Below are positions 1 to 11,839 of a stretch of DNA of 64,000 nt, in pieces. Within the stretch, counting starts at the first letter, position 1. Every line of letters begins with the position of its first letter. Made by a program: the position numbers and the translations under genes. Origin of the DNA: Thermoanaerobaculia bacterium (GTDB lineage Bacteria; Acidobacteriota; Thermoanaerobaculia; UBA5066); contig CAVRAY010000002.1 of assembly GCA_963719225.1 (NCBI GenBank), forward strand, positions 807,797-871,796, given 5' to 3'. Below the pieces are notes generated by a model that was given only the letters and a program-made list of their open reading frames with translations, was not told where the DNA came from and ran no database searches.

Positions 1-5
1 AAGCG

Positions 6-984
6 TCATGACCGGTCTCCGCCGCGCATAACGCGCCGCGATCTGCGCCAGCTTCGCAAAGCTCTGCTCGACCGTATCGCCCGACGGTGTCGAGTTCGGC
101 TTCCGCGCGCGCGTAGTCGGCGCTGCGCGCATCCAGAATGGCGACCAGGTCGGCCATCGCCTCGCGGTTCTGCGCCATCGGACGGAAGTCGCCCTGCTCC
201 ATCACGCGGCGCCATGTGTTCGTCGGGCCGCGCCTTGATCCAGACCGTATGGGTCCGGCGCAGCAGCAGCGCATAGGTCTCGGCGTTCGACACGATGCCG
301 CCGGCGGTCGCGATCACAGCGGCTTCATTTTCGGCGATGACGCGTTCGAGGCAGGCCCGCTCGTAGCGGCGAAAGGTCGCAATGCCGGCCATCTCGATCA
401 GGTCGGGAATGCGCGCGCCATAGTCCTGCTCGACCAGGCGATCGAGTTCGATGAACGGGACAGCCAAGACGGTCAGCGAAGCTGCTGTCCGAGCGTCGAC
501 TTTCCGGCGCCGCGCAGTCCGACCAGCGCGATCCGCCGCGCGCGGTCGGTCGATGGTGGCCTCGGCGGCGCGCGCTTCGATCAGTTCGGCGATCGCCGGC
601 GAGTTCGGACGGCGGCAGCGCGACCGAGAACATCGAGGATGCGGGTCATCGCGGCCGTGCGGCCGTTGGTGCGCGGCAACAGCTCGACGACCGGAACGTC
701 GAGCGCCTCGCGCGATCGCCTTGAGCATGATGACGGACGGGATTGCCCTGCCCGCCCTCGATCTGCGCGAGGTAGCGCTCGGAGGCGCCCGAGCCTGCGC
801 AAGCTGCCGGCGCGTCATGCCGCGCTTGGCGCGGCGCGCAGCCGGACCAGCCGGCCGACCGCGGCCGCGAAGGGATCGGCCGGCGGCCGGTGACGCTGCG
901 CCGTTGTGCGCGCTCGCGCGCCTTGGATGTCTGGCTTAACGGTGGGCCTGCTGTCCGACCACGGGAAAGATATTTCTGCATCAT
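6..984 (-). CDS. XRE-HTH + shikimate-kinase-like regulator (BzdR/BoxR family), frameshifted; start approximate
   Basis: N-terminal MTRRQLAQA..SERYLAQIEGGQGNP (XRE HTH); C-terminal VPFIELDRLVEQDYGA..FRRYERACLE..VIATAGGIV..TVWIKARPDEHM (shikimate-kinase fold); neighbours a benzoate-CoA ligase. Confidence 0.85.
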
Positions 985-1030
985 AATGCAGCACCGATGA
1001 AATTATACGAATTCACTGCACTATAGTTCA
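977..1030. promoter_or_regulatory. Candidate BzdR/BoxR operators: TGCA-N6-TGCA (977-990) and TGCA-N6-TTCA (1017-1030)
   Basis: tgcatcataatgca and tgcactatagttca in the AT-rich region upstream of the regulator; TGCA-N6-TGCA is the operator type described for BzdR. Confidence 0.55.
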
Positions 1031-1049
1031 GGATTCGCAACAGCCGCTG

Positions 1050-2051
1050 TCAATTCAGCTCGGAATTCGAAAATCCGTGGCCCACAGATCTTCGAGCTTG
1101 GCGATCGCTGACGGCGGCAGCGGCCCGCCTCCACCGCCGTCGAGCGCCTCTTCGAGCTGCGGAATTGCGAGATCCCGACCACCGCGCGTTGATGTCGCGG
1201 TTGCCGAGCACGAAGCGCAAGGCGGCCTGCGCCGGCGTGCCGTAGGCTGTCGCCGAGACCTGCGCGGATCGCCGGCGGCGCAGCGCATCTCGTTGTCGAG
1301 GTCGGTGCCCGACGGTCATCATGAAGAGGCCGTCCGGCCGGTTCGCGACTCGCCAGAGTGCCGCCGGCCCAGACCCTGATGTTGAGCACGCCCATGTTCT
1401 GGCGGAAGCAGGCCGCGATGACGCCGCAGAAATCCTGGCCCGTCCAGCGCGTGCGGCACGCGCGACCAGGCGGCACTGGGATTGATCGCGATTGTAGTAG
1501 ACCTGCGCGCAGTCGAAGCGCCCGCTGTTGATGACTTCGAGGCATGCGCTGGTATCGCCCGCCACCGTGATGCCGGTCGCCGCAACCAGTCCATGCGACT
1601 TAAGGCGGTCGAAGGTATCGGCGACGCCGCCCGGCCGAGCACCTGTTCGCAGCGTGACGCGGCGCGCGGCCGCCCAGCGTCGTGCCGATATGATTGTGCA
1701 GTTGGAACAGCTCGATCTTCGGCAGCCGCAGCCGCGTCAGGCTCGCTTCCAGGCTGCGCAGGATCGCGCTCGGAATTTCGTCCATGTCCTCGGGTTCGAG
1801 CCGCACCTTGGTGGAGATTTGCGGCCGCGGCGTCAGCGACTCGATGATGCCGGCCGATCGTTTCTTCCGACGCGCCGTTGCCATAGATCGGCGCGGTGTC
1901 GATCCAATTGATGCCGCCCATGACGGCGCGGCGCAGCGCGGCAAGCCGCGTCGGCTTCATCGGCATTGATCAGGATGCCGCCGGTGACGCCACCGCCCAG
2001 CACAAGCTCGGAGATTTCCAAACCGGTCCGGCCCAGTATCGATTTTCGCAT
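1050..2051 (-). CDS. Aldo/keto reductase (frameshifted)
   Basis: MRKSILGRTGLEISELVLGGG, GINWIDTAPIYGNGASEETIG, ISTKV, IELFQLHN, AQAALRFVL spread over three frames. Confidence 0.88.
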
Positions 2052-2172
2052 CGCCTCCCCGGCCCTGCGCGCTTATGCCACGTAAGTCGTGGAAGTGGTC
2101 GCGAGTCGAGGTGTGCAGTCAAGTGGATCGGCCGCTGCGTCCCGGCTCGCCGGGAACCTGACGAAGACGCGG

Positions 2173-3774
2173 CTACCGCAGCCGCTCCGCCCTGAGCATG
2201 AAGCGCTGGATCTTGCCGGTCGCGGTCTTGGGCAACCGCTGCGGAACTCGATCCAGCGCGGATACTTGTAGGGCGCGAGCTTGGCCTTGACGTGATCCTG
2301 CAATTCGCGCGCGAGCGCTTCGCACGCCTTGTCGGCCGACCTTGAGCACCACGAAGGCCTTCGGCTTGATCAGTTCCTCGTCGTCCGGCCAGGCGATCAC
2401 CGCGGCCTCCAGCACCTCGGGATGGCTCGCCAGCGCGCCCTCGACCTCGAACGGCGACACATAGATGCCGCCGACCTTGAGCATGTCGTCGCGCCGGCCG
2501 CAGTAGACGTAGTAGCCGTCTTCGTCCTGCGAGGTATTTGTCGCCCGAGCGCGTCCATTCGCCCAGGAACGTGTCGCGCGATCTTGTCGCGGTTGTTCCA
2601 GTACATGATCGCGCTGGTCGGGCCGCGCACCTGCATCTCGCCCATCTCGCCGTGTCTTGGTGATCACGTTGCCGGCGTCGTCGATCAGGCGGATGTCGTA
2701 GCCCGGAACCGGCTTGCCGGTGGTGCCGTATTTCACGTCGCCCGGGTAGTTCGAGATGAAGATGTGCAGCATCTCGGTCGAGCCGATGCCGTCGAGCATG
2801 TCGACGCCATAGCGTTCCTTCCAGCGCCGGCCGACTTCGGGCGGCAGCGCCTCGCCGGCCGAGATGCACAGCCGCAGCTTGAGCTCCGCGCGCTCCGGCG
2901 CCGACGGGTTGGCCAGGAACGCCGCATAGAAGGTCGGCACCGCATAGAACACCGTCACCGGATGTTCGCGCAGAATCTTCGCGACGCCGTCGGGCGTCGG
3001 ACGATCCGGCGAGCAGCACGGTCGTGGCGCCGACCGCCAGCGGGAAGGTCAGCGCATTGCCGAGCCCGTAGGCGAAGAACAGCTTGGCGACCGAATAGCA
3101 GACGTCGCTTTCCTCGAGTCCCAGCACGCCGGCGCGCGTAGAGGTCGGCGGTGAGCGGCAGATTGGCGTGGGCGTGCACCGCGCCCTTGGGCCTGCCGGT
3201 CGAGCCCGAGGTGTAGAGCCAGAAGCACATGTCATCGCACGTGGTCGGCGCGGTGTAGGACTCCGCCGGCCGCGCCGGCGATCAGGTCCTCGAAGCCGGC
3301 GATGGCCGTGCGCATTTGCGCCCGAGACGATCACGTGCGCGAGGTCGGGGCTCGCATCGATCAGGTTGGCGAACTTCGCAAACAGCTCCTCCGACACGAC
3401 CAGAACCCGAGCCCGGCTGTCGGCCAGCATGAAGCGGTAGTCGTCCTCGGTCATCAGCGTGTTGACCGGGATCGGCACCACGCCGGTCTTGATCGCGCCC
3501 AGGAAAGCGGTCGGCCAATCGATGGTGTCGAGCAGCGCCAGCAGAATGCGCTCTTCCCGCCGCACGCCGAGCGTGCGCAGCACGCGCCGAAGCGGTCAAC
3601 CCGGTCGGCGAGCTGGCCGTAGGTCCAGCTTCCGCGCGGATCGATATAGACCGGCTTGCCGGCGCGCCCGGCCTTGAGATTGCGCTCCAGGATATCGGCC
3701 GCAAAGTTGTAGTCGCGCGGAATGGCGTCGGCAGACGCGCGGCCGGCGAAATCGGCATCCAACACAAGTGTCAT
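2173..3774 (-). CDS. Benzoate-CoA ligase family protein (frameshifted)
   Basis: YNFAADILERN, CFWLYTSGSTGRPKGAVH, SVAKLFFAYGLGN, DGIGSTEMLHIF, DDMLKVGGIYVSPFEVE, LPKTATGKIQRF. Confidence 0.92.
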
Positions 3775-3919
3775 TCGGCCCTTCCTCCCTGGAACCCATT
3801 ATGCGGCCCGCGAAAACGAGCCTCAATTGCCATGGTCGATTATTTTACCCCGGTGCAATGATAGACGCCGCGGATTATGCCCCGAGGTAAAACTCCTCCA
3901 TTCTAAGGAGACGAAAGCC

Positions 3920-4551
3920 ATGGACGCGCGGACCACTCTGCATCGCATCGTCGCGCGGCTCACGCCGCATCGCCTCGGGGGAATTGGCACACAGTGGCCG
4001 TGCAGACGAAAAGCCGTGATCGACCGCGACGAGCATGCATCAGTGCTCATTTTCGATGACCGCACCAGCCAGCCGATCGAGCTCGATTTTCGGGGCAGCG
4101 CCGAGGACGTGTTGTCACGATTGGCGGGTGCATCCGACGACCCGATGCCGGCTCCGGCAGTCCGCGCGGGCCGGGCCGCCCCCGCCTCGGCGTGGTGGCG
4201 CGCGAAATCACGCTCCTGCCGCGGCATTGGGACTGGCTCAATCGTCAGCCGGGCGGCGCCTCGGTCGCGCTGCGCAAACTGGTCGACGATGCGCGCCGCA
4301 CCTACAAAGACCGCGACCGCGTGCGCCAATCGCAGGAAGCCGCCTACCGATTCATGGTGGCGATGGCCGGCAACGAGCCCGGCTTCGAGGAAGCAACCCG
4401 GGCGCTGTTCGCGCGACAACAAGAGGCGTTCAACCGGCTGATCGAGCGCTGGCCCGCCGACGTTCGCGATCATGCCAGAAAGCTCGCGGTCCCGGCGCTG
4501 GAGCGCGCTACGAGCGAAACCGACAAAGCACAAACGCCGGACATCGCGTGA
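3920..4551 (+). CDS. DUF2239 family protein (frameshifted)
   Basis: LIFDDRTSQPIELDFRG and GVVAREITLLPRHWDWLNRQPGGASVALRKLVD..GNEPGFEEATRALF; RBS aaggag upstream. Confidence 0.85.
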
Positions 4552-4623
4552 GACCTCCCCTATAATCGCGCCACGCGACAACCAAGCTACAAGCGCGCCG
4601 CGAGCGTGCACGAGGAGGCCCCC

Positions 4624-5927
4624 ATGGACGATATCACGCGCGAGCCGCTGCAAATCCGCGCCGAGGACATCAACCCGCGCTACAACTGGGGCCGCGCGCT
4701 GCCGGCGCTCGGCATCATGGGGGTCGATTTCGAGGAGCGCGTCGATTACCGGCGGCTGCACCGCTATCGCCTCGCGCGCGTCAAGCAGGCGCTGGAAAAA
4801 TCCGATCTCGGCGCGCTGCTGGTGTTCGACGTCAACAACATCCGCTACATCACCTCGACCAAGATCGGCGAGTGGGAACGCGACAAGCTCTGCCGCTGGG
4901 CGCTGCTCACGCGCAACGGCGACCCGATCCTGTGGGACTTCGGCTCCGCCGCCGTGCACCACAAGCTCTATACGCCGTGGCTCAAGCCGGAGAACTGCAA
5001 GGCCGGGCTGATCGGCCTGCGCGGCACGGTCAATCCCGCCGTTCGGGCTGATGGAGCGCCACGCCAAGGAGATCGCCGCGCTGATCAAGGAGGCCGGCGT
5101 CGACAAGATGCCGGTCGGCGTCGACATCATCGAGCCGCCGATGATGTTCGAGCTGGAGAAGGCCGGGCTCAAGATCGCCGACGGCCAGCAGATCATGCTG
5201 GAGGCGCGCGAGATCAAGTCCGCCGACGAGATCGCGCTGCTCAACCGCGCCGCCGCCATGGTCGACGGCGCCTATCACCTGATCAACGAGCAGCTCAAGC
5301 CCGGCGTGCGCGAGAACGACATCGTCGCCAAGGTCAACAAGTTCCTCTATCACCACGGCTCCGACGACGTCGAGGCGATCAACGCCATTTCGGGCGAGCG
5401 CTGCAATCCGCATCCGCACAACTTCACCGACCGCATGCTGCGCCCGGGCGACCAGGCGTTCTTCGACATCCTGCAGTCGTTCATGGGCTACCGCACCTGC
5501 TACTACCGCACCTTCAATGTCGGGCGCGCGACGCCGGTGCAGCACGACGCCTACAAGAAGGCGCGCGAGTGGCTCGATCTCGCCATCGACCTGATCAAGC
5601 CGGGCGTCTCCACCGACCGCGTGTGCAGCGTGTGGCCGAAGGCGCCGCGAATTCGGCTTCCCCGACGAGATGAGCGCGTTCGGCCTGCAATTCGGCCACG
5701 GGCTCGGGCTGGCGCTGCACGAGCGGCCGATCATCTCGCGCGTGGTCTCGATCGATCATCCGACCGAGATCAAGGAGGGCATGGTGTTCGCGCTCGAGAC
5801 CTATTGCCCGGCGACCGACGGCTTCTCGGCCGCGCGCATCGAGGAGGAGGTCGTGGTCACCGACAAGGGCTGCCGCGTCATCACGCTGTTCCCGGCCGAG
5901 GAATTGCCGATCGCGAACCGGTATTGA
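4624..5927 (+). CDS. M24 (Xaa-Pro peptidase/creatinase-fold) family protein (frameshifted)
   Basis: AREIKSADEIALL, PHPHNFTDR, FGHGLGL, GMVFALETY, ARIEEEVVVT. Confidence 0.85.
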
Positions 5928-5978
5928 GTTTATCTTCTCTATCGGGCACCCGGTCCCGGTCATCGACGAAAAGGGCCA

Positions 5979-6224
5979 ATGGGCGCAATGAAGACGCCGT
6001 ACGTTCCCAAATACGTCTCGCCGAAGGAAATCGCGCAGAACCGGGCGCGGCTGCGCGCGCGGCTCTATTGGATCGCACTCGCGTTGCCGATTCTGTTCGC
6101 GCTGCTCGCTTTCGGCTACTGCGACCAGGCGCCGGCCTTTCTGCGCGCGATCACGATGACGCTCGATGGCGCGCTCGGCTATCCGATCCTCGCCATCATC
6201 AACATCAACGCGATCGCGCGTTAG
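5979..6224 (+). CDS. Small hypothetical membrane protein
   Basis: 81-aa ORF with a hydrophobic segment (LYWIALALPILFALLAFG) and host-like codon use. Confidence 0.55.
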   Translation: MGAMKTPYVPKYVSPKEIAQNRARLRARLYWIALALPILFALLAFGYCDQAPAFLRAITMTLDGALGYPILAIININAIAR

Positions 6225-6433
6225 CGCTCACCTGCTTGCAACGAATTGAGCGAGCGATCCGTTCGTCCCGGCGCAAGCGGGGACCCGGGGCCACAAGTCG
6301 ATAGTTGCGACCTGGATTCCTGCTTGTGCAGGAGTGAGTGGACGAGCGTGCAGCCGAGAACGCAAAGATTTTTCGGCGCCGCCAGGCGAAAAAAGACCGC
6401 ATTCATCCGTATTGTCGTGCTAGCTGACGCGAC

Positions 6434-6469
6434 CGCGAATCAGTGAACTATCGCGAATCAGTGAACTAT
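6434..6469 (+). repeat. Perfect 18-bp tandem duplication cgcgaatcagtgaactat x2
   Basis: Identical units at 6434-6451 and 6452-6469, each containing GAATC. Confidence 0.9.
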
Positions 6470-6485
6470 GAGGGGGCCTCCATCC

Positions 6486-6755
6486 ATGTACGTCGGTATC
6501 CGCCGCTTGGCCGCGCGCCTTGCCATCCTGTTCGGTCTTGCGCTTGTTGTTGTGTTCCTCGGCGCGCAAACCTCCACGCCGGCCGCCGCCTATACGCCGG
6601 ATCAACAGGCGGCGTGCGAGAGCGACGCGATGCGGTTGTGCGGCCAATACGTCCCCGACATACGGAGCATCACCGCCTGCATGCGGCGCAACTGCCGCTT
6701 CGCCAGTGCGCGCTGCCGCGCCGTCATGCACTGCAGCAAGCGCCGGCGACGCTGA
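6486..6755 (+). CDS. Small secreted Cys-rich helical protein
   Basis: Signal peptide, then YTPDQQAACESDAMRLC..ITACMRRN..SARCRAV. Confidence 0.7.
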   Translation: MYVGIRRLAARLAILFGLALVVVFLGAQTSTPAAAYTPDQQAACESDAMRLCGQYVPDIRSITACMRRNCRFASARCRAVMHCSKRRRR

Positions 6756-6828
6756 ACGGCCGCTCCGCTCCTATCTTCTCGGCCGATCGCGTCTGATCCG
6801 CGCATAAAGCGGACGCTTGCCGCGCGCG

Positions 6829-8055
6829 TCAGATGCGCAGATGCTCCGGGCGCAGGCCCAAGCCGACCACGCGCGCTGGAATGCGTTGCAGCAAGGGGCA
6901 GCGGTTGAGAAGCCGTATCGGCAAGGGCGGCGCCAGCTTCTCCTGGCTCGCCAGTACGCGGCTGAGGATGCGGTTCTGCACTTGCACCTGCAGCCACTGC
7001 GTGGCGCGGGTCGGAAACATGCGCCGGCGCTGCACCGCGGCAAGTTCCTCCGCCCCGACGGCGCCGGCGCGCAAAGGCGCCGCCAGGATATTGGCGGCGG
7101 CGACCGCGTCCTGGATGGCGAGGTTGATACCGACTCCGCCGACCGGCGACATGGCGTGCGCGGCATCGCCGATGCAGAGCAGGCCGGGCCGGTGCCATTG
7201 CCGCAGGCGGTCGACCGTGACGGTGAGCAGCTTGATGTCGTCCCAGCTTGTCAGCTCCGATACGCGGTCGCGCATCGCCGGCGCGACCGCGACGATGGCG
7301 GCGCGGAACGCGTCGAGGCCCTTCGCCCTCACCTCCTCGTAGCCGCCCTTCGCGATCACGAAGGCGCATTGCCAATAGTCGCCGCGGTCGATCATGATGA
7401 AAATCCTGCCGGCGGTCATGCGGCCGAGCGGCTCGGCGCCGTCGCTTGGCCGGCGCGACAGCCGCATCCACAGCACGTCGATCGGCGCGCCGAGGTCTTC
7501 GACCGCTAGCCCTGCGCGCTCCCGCACGGTCGAATGGCGCCCGTCGGCGCCGACCACGAGATCGGCTTCGATCGCAAGCGGACCCGCGGGCGAGGTTGCC
7601 CGCAGGCCGGTGACGCGGGAGCCCTCCTCGATCAGGCCGGTCGCTTCCGTCTGCATGCGCAGGTGGAATGCCGGATAGTGCGCACCCTGCCCTGCCAGAA
7701 AGTCGAGGAAATTCCATTGCGGCATCAGCGCGATGAATTTGCAGTGCGTCGGCAAGTGGGTGAAATCGGCGATCCGCACGGAGGTATCGCCGATGAAGCC
7801 CGACAAATGCCGCGCCTCCTGGTGCGGCAGCTTGAGGAACTGGTCCAGCAGGCCAAGCTCGTGGATCACTTCGAGCGTGGAGGGATGGATGGTGTCGCCG
7901 CGGAAATCGCGCAGGAAATCGGCGTGCTTCTCGAGCACCACGACGTCGATGCCGGCACGCGCCAGCAAGAAGCCGAGCATCATGCCGGCCGGCCCGCCGC
8001 CGGCGATGGCGCAGGTGGTGCGGATCGTCTCAGGGGCGGAATTGGCGGCGTTCAT
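6829..8055 (-). CDS. FAD-dependent oxidoreductase/monooxygenase (UbiH-like fold)
   Basis: Intact 408-aa ORF; GGGPAG, VGADGRHS, IGDAAHAMSPVGGVGINLAIQDA. Confidence 0.9.
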   Translation of the reverse strand: MNAANSAPETIRTTCAIAGGGPAGMMLGFLLARAGIDVVVLEKHADFLRDFRGDTIHPSTLEVIHELGLLDQFLKLPHQEARHLSGFIGDTSVRIADFTHLPTHCKFIALMPQWNFLDFLAGQGAHYPAFHLRMQTEATGLIEEGSRVTGLRATSPAGPLAIEADLVVGADGRHSTVRERAGLAVEDLGAPIDVLWMRLSRRPSDGAEPLGRMTAGRIFIMIDRGDYWQCAFVIAKGGYEEVRAKGLDAFRAAIVAVAPAMRDRVSELTSWDDIKLLTVTVDRLRQWHRPGLLCIGDAAHAMSPVGGVGINLAIQDAVAAANILAAPLRAGAVGAEELAAVQRRRMFPTRATQWLQVQVQNRILSRVLASQEKLAPPLPIRLLNRCPLLQRIPARVVGLGLRPEHLRI

Positions 8056-8097
8056 GTTGCAACATCCGGCTCAAAAGCACCTGACGAAGGTAGCGTG

Positions 8098-8113
8098 TTA
8101 ACCCGGCGGTAAC
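8098..8113 (+). promoter_or_regulatory. Candidate CtrA box upstream of flhA
   Basis: TTAA-cccggcg-GTAAC, close to the TTAA-N7-TTAAC consensus. Confidence 0.55.
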
Positions 8114-8281
8114 CATGCACCGGGCAAATCTTGCCGGGGAGGCGTTTCCAACCATTCACGCGGCAAGCGGGGACGGACCTTGGACGCAAGCGCGGTTCCT
8201 CTGGCGCGGGTGAGCGGGCTTACCGCCGCCACGCACAGCTTTCACGCCCACGACCGGGCGAGACGAGGCGCGTCGGCTGAG

Positions 8282-10392
8282 ATGACGGACACCACCGCAG
8301 GCGAGTCGGCCAAGTTCGCGCTTCCCAAGATTGGCGATCTTGGTGCGCTGTTCAAGCGCGGCGACATCGCGCTCGCGATCGGCGTGATGACCATCCTGGT
8401 CGTCCTCATTCTGCCGCTGCCTCCGACCCTGCTCGACATGGCGCTCGCGATCTCGATCATCCTGTCGGTGCTGATCCTGATGACGTCGCTGTTCATCCAC
8501 ACGCCGCTCGAATTCTCCGCCTTTCCGACCGTGCTGCTCATCGCCACCATGCTGCGGCTCGCGCTCAACCTCGCGTCCACGCGGCTCATCCTCGCGCGCG
8601 GGCATGAGGGCACGTCGGCGGCCGGCCACGTCATCGAGGCCTTCGGCAATTTCGTGATGGGCGGCAATTTCGTCATCGGCATCATCGTGTTCACGATCCT
8701 GGTGATCGTGAATTTCGTGGTCATCACCAAAGGCTCGGGCCGCATCGCCGAAGTCGCCGCGCGCTTCCACCTCGACGCCATGCCGGGCAAGCAGATGGCG
8801 ATCGACGCCGACCTCTCGGCCGGCATGATCGACGAGAGCGAGGCGCGCCGCCGCCGCAAGCATCTGGAAGACGAGAGCGGGTTTTTCGGCGCCATGGACG
8901 GCGCCTCCAAGTTCGTGCGCGGCGACGCCATCGCCGGCCTGCTCGTCGTGTTCATCAACATCATCGGCGGCATGATCATCGGCATCGCGCAGCAGGGGCT
9001 GACGTTCGCGGAAGCCGCGCGCACCTATACGCTGCTCACCGTCGGCGACGGACTGGTCACCCAGGTGCCCGCCCTGATCGTCTCCACCGCCGCCGGCCTG
9101 CTGGTATCGAAGGCCGGCATTTCCGGCGCCGCCGACCAGGCGCTGATGCGCCAGCTCTCCGGCTATCCCAAGGCGCTCGGCATGTCGGCGGCCGTCATGG
9201 GCGTAATGGCGCTGCTGCCCGGCATTCCGATGTTGCCGTTCGTGCTGCTCGGCGGCGGCGCCGGCGTCGCTCGCCTACCTGATCGACAAGCGCCAGAAGC
9301 GGAAGATCGTCGCCGAGCGAGAAGCGTGAGGAAGCCGCCAAGGCGCCGCCCGCCGAAGAGCCGATCTCGCACGCGCTCAAGATCGACGACCTCAAGATCG
9401 AGCTCGGCTATGCGCTGCTGCCGCTGGTCAACTCGCCCGACGGCGCTGACCGGCTCACCGAGCAGATCAAGGCATTGCGCCGCTCGCTCGCGGTCGAGAT
9501 GGGCTTCGTGATGCCGGCGGTTCGCATCCTCGACAACGTGCAGCTCGAGGCCAACAGCTACGTGATCAAGATCAAGGAAGTGGACGCGGGAACCGGACGC
9601 ATCTGGCCCGGCCAGTACATGGTCATGGACCCCGCCGGCCGGCAGGTTACGCTGCCGGGCGTGCATACCAGCGAGCCGACGTTCGGACTGCCTGCGACCT
9701 GGATCGACATCGCGCTCAAGGAGGAGGCAGCGATCAAGGGCTATACGGTGGTCGATGCCGCGACCGTGCTCTCCACCCATCTCACCGAGCTGATCAAGGC
9801 CAATGTGTCGGAAATCCTCTCCTACGCGGAGGTGAGCAAGCTGATCAAGGACCTGCCCAAGGAACAGGGCGAGCTGCTCAAGGATATCATGCCGGCGCAG
9901 ATCACCCTGTCCGGCATCCAGCGCGTGCTGCAACTCCTGCTGGCCGAACGGATATCGATTCGCGATCTGGCCACCATCCTCGAAGGCATCGCCGATGCGA
10001 TCTCATTCACGCGCAATCCGGCGATGCTGGCCGAGCACGTACGGGCGCGGCTCGCGCGCCAGATCTGCGCGCAATACACCAGCGCGGCCGGCTATCTGCC
10101 GCTGATCGCGCTCTCCGCCAAATGGGAACAGGCCTTTGCCGAATCGATCGTCGGCCAGGGCGACGAGCGCGCGCTTGCGATGCAGCCCTCGCGGCTGACC
10201 GAGTTCATCACGCTGGTGCGCGAGCGCTTCGAGGAAGCGGCGCGGCAGGGCGAAGCGCCGGTGCTGGTCACTTCGGGAGGCATCCGGCCGTTCGTGCGCG
10301 GCATGGTCGAACGCTTCCGGGCCCAGACCGCGGTGATGTCGCAGGCCGAAATCCACCCGCGCGCACGGCTCAAGACGGTCGGGAGCATCTAG
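8282..10392 (+). CDS. flhA: Flagellar export apparatus protein FlhA (frameshift near 9270-9330)
   Basis: [60 protein letters not shown]. Confidence 0.95.
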
Positions 10393-10545
10393 CGGTTCGG
10401 CCCCCCGGCTCGGTAGGCCCTATCGCTTTGATCTCATTATAGTTTTGCGATCAAGCGCCGCGCGAAACCAGGAGCGCAGCCCATCGGATGGCTCGCGTAA
10501 CTTATTGGAATCACGCTCAATTCAACGCTTCGTGAGGGGCCTTGG

Positions 10546-10570
10546 GGAACTCCCGGCGCAGCGCCACGTT
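10546..10570 (+). promoter_or_regulatory. Candidate sigma-EcfG (general stress) promoter
   Basis: GGAAC-N16-CGTT about 60 bp upstream of ORF 10633. Confidence 0.5.
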
Positions 10571-10632
10571 ACCCATGAACCTTTCTCCCAACCCCGGCGA
10601 CTAAATGGGTGAGACCCTGGGGAGGGTGTGCG

Positions 10633-10851
10633 ATGAATAATTCTTCGATTCTGACTGCCGACCGCATGACCCACGTGAAAATCGTGGTGCTGTCGCTGGT
10701 ATTTGCGACACTCGTGGCCGGCGTCGGCATTGCCGCGCGTGTCAGCGACGCCAGCATGTTCGGGTTCGCCCGTCACGAGGCCAGCGCTCCGGTGATCAAG
10801 GCTGCCAAGCCGGTCACGGCGTCGAACAGCAGCAAGACCACCATTCGCTGA
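10633..10851 (+). CDS. Small single-TM protein
   Basis: MNNSSILTADRMTHVKIVVLSLVFA..APVIKAAKPV; RBS ggagg; followed by a terminator. Confidence 0.7.
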   Translation: MNNSSILTADRMTHVKIVVLSLVFATLVAGVGIAARVSDASMFGFARHEASAPVIKAAKPVTASNSSKTTIR

Positions 10852-10881
10852 CCGTTTCACCGTTTCCAACTTCAGCTTCAG

Positions 10882-10905
10882 GCGCGCCTTCGGGCGCGTT
10901 TTTTT
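10882..10905 (+). terminator. Intrinsic terminator
   Basis: gcgcgcc-ttc-gggcgcg followed by T7. Confidence 0.75.
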
Positions 10906-10920
10906 GCGCCCGGATCGAGC

Positions 10921-11839
10921 CTACTCGTTGTAGTCGGACCCGGCGCGGCGGGCGTGGCGGACGCGGCGGCGGACCGGTGTCGATCTTGATGCCGATCACC
11001 CGCAGTGCCTGGATCGGCTGCAATTCAGGCGGCACGTATTCGGGCGCAAACCGCCACGCGGCAACGATCCCGCCCGCAGCGATCAACAGCAGAAGCAGGA
11101 GCACCGAGAAGGCGCGCCAGCGGCGAAGCCGGCGGCGGAGGGCGGCCTCGCGCTCGTCGCTGACGACCAGCGGTGCGCGTGGAGCGGAGGGAAACGGCGC
11201 GGAAGCGGCGGAGATCGGGGCCGGCTTGCTTGCCGGAGGGGGCACGAGCGACGCCGGGGCAGGCGCCGGGCGGACCGCGGGCGCCTCGGCAGCAGCGGGC
11301 GCGGGCGCCTCGGCAGCAGTGGGCGGAGACGGTTCGTCCGCTCGGGAAATTCTCGAAGAAACAACGGGAGCCGGTGCAGCGACAACGGCCGGAGTTCTGG
11401 CGGGGACCGGGGTCTCGGCCGGTGCCGGGGTCTCGGCGGGGACAGGTGTCGCGGCCGGGACAGGCGTCGCCGCCGCGCTGTCCGCGGCAGCCTCAAGCGC
11501 GGCTGGAGGTTCCGCCTCGGCCGGCGCAGGCAAGGGAGGCCCATCGGCCTTGGGCGGTTCCACGGCTTCGGGCAGTTCAGCCGTCCGCGTCACCGGATTT
11601 TGCGCCACATCCGAAAGCTTGCCCTTGATCCGGTCCCAGATCTCGGCATCCGGGTCGACCGCTTCGACCATCAGGTGCAATTCGCCGAGGCGCCGCTCCC
11701 AGAACTTCACCTTGATGGCGAAGCCCTCGTCGATTTCGAGCAGCCCTTGCGCCTGCACGAGCTCGTCCTTGGCGAGCGTGCCGAGCACATATTCGGCCGC
11801 CAATGCCCCCAGTTCGCTGTCGCCTAGGAGCTGAGACAT
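10921..11839 (-). CDS. RskA-like anti-sigma factor with a long Pro/Ala linker and C-terminal TM; 3' end uncertain
   Basis: LAAEYVLGTL..WERRL..IWDRI anti-sigma N-domain; overlaps the stop of the ECF gene. Confidence 0.75.
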
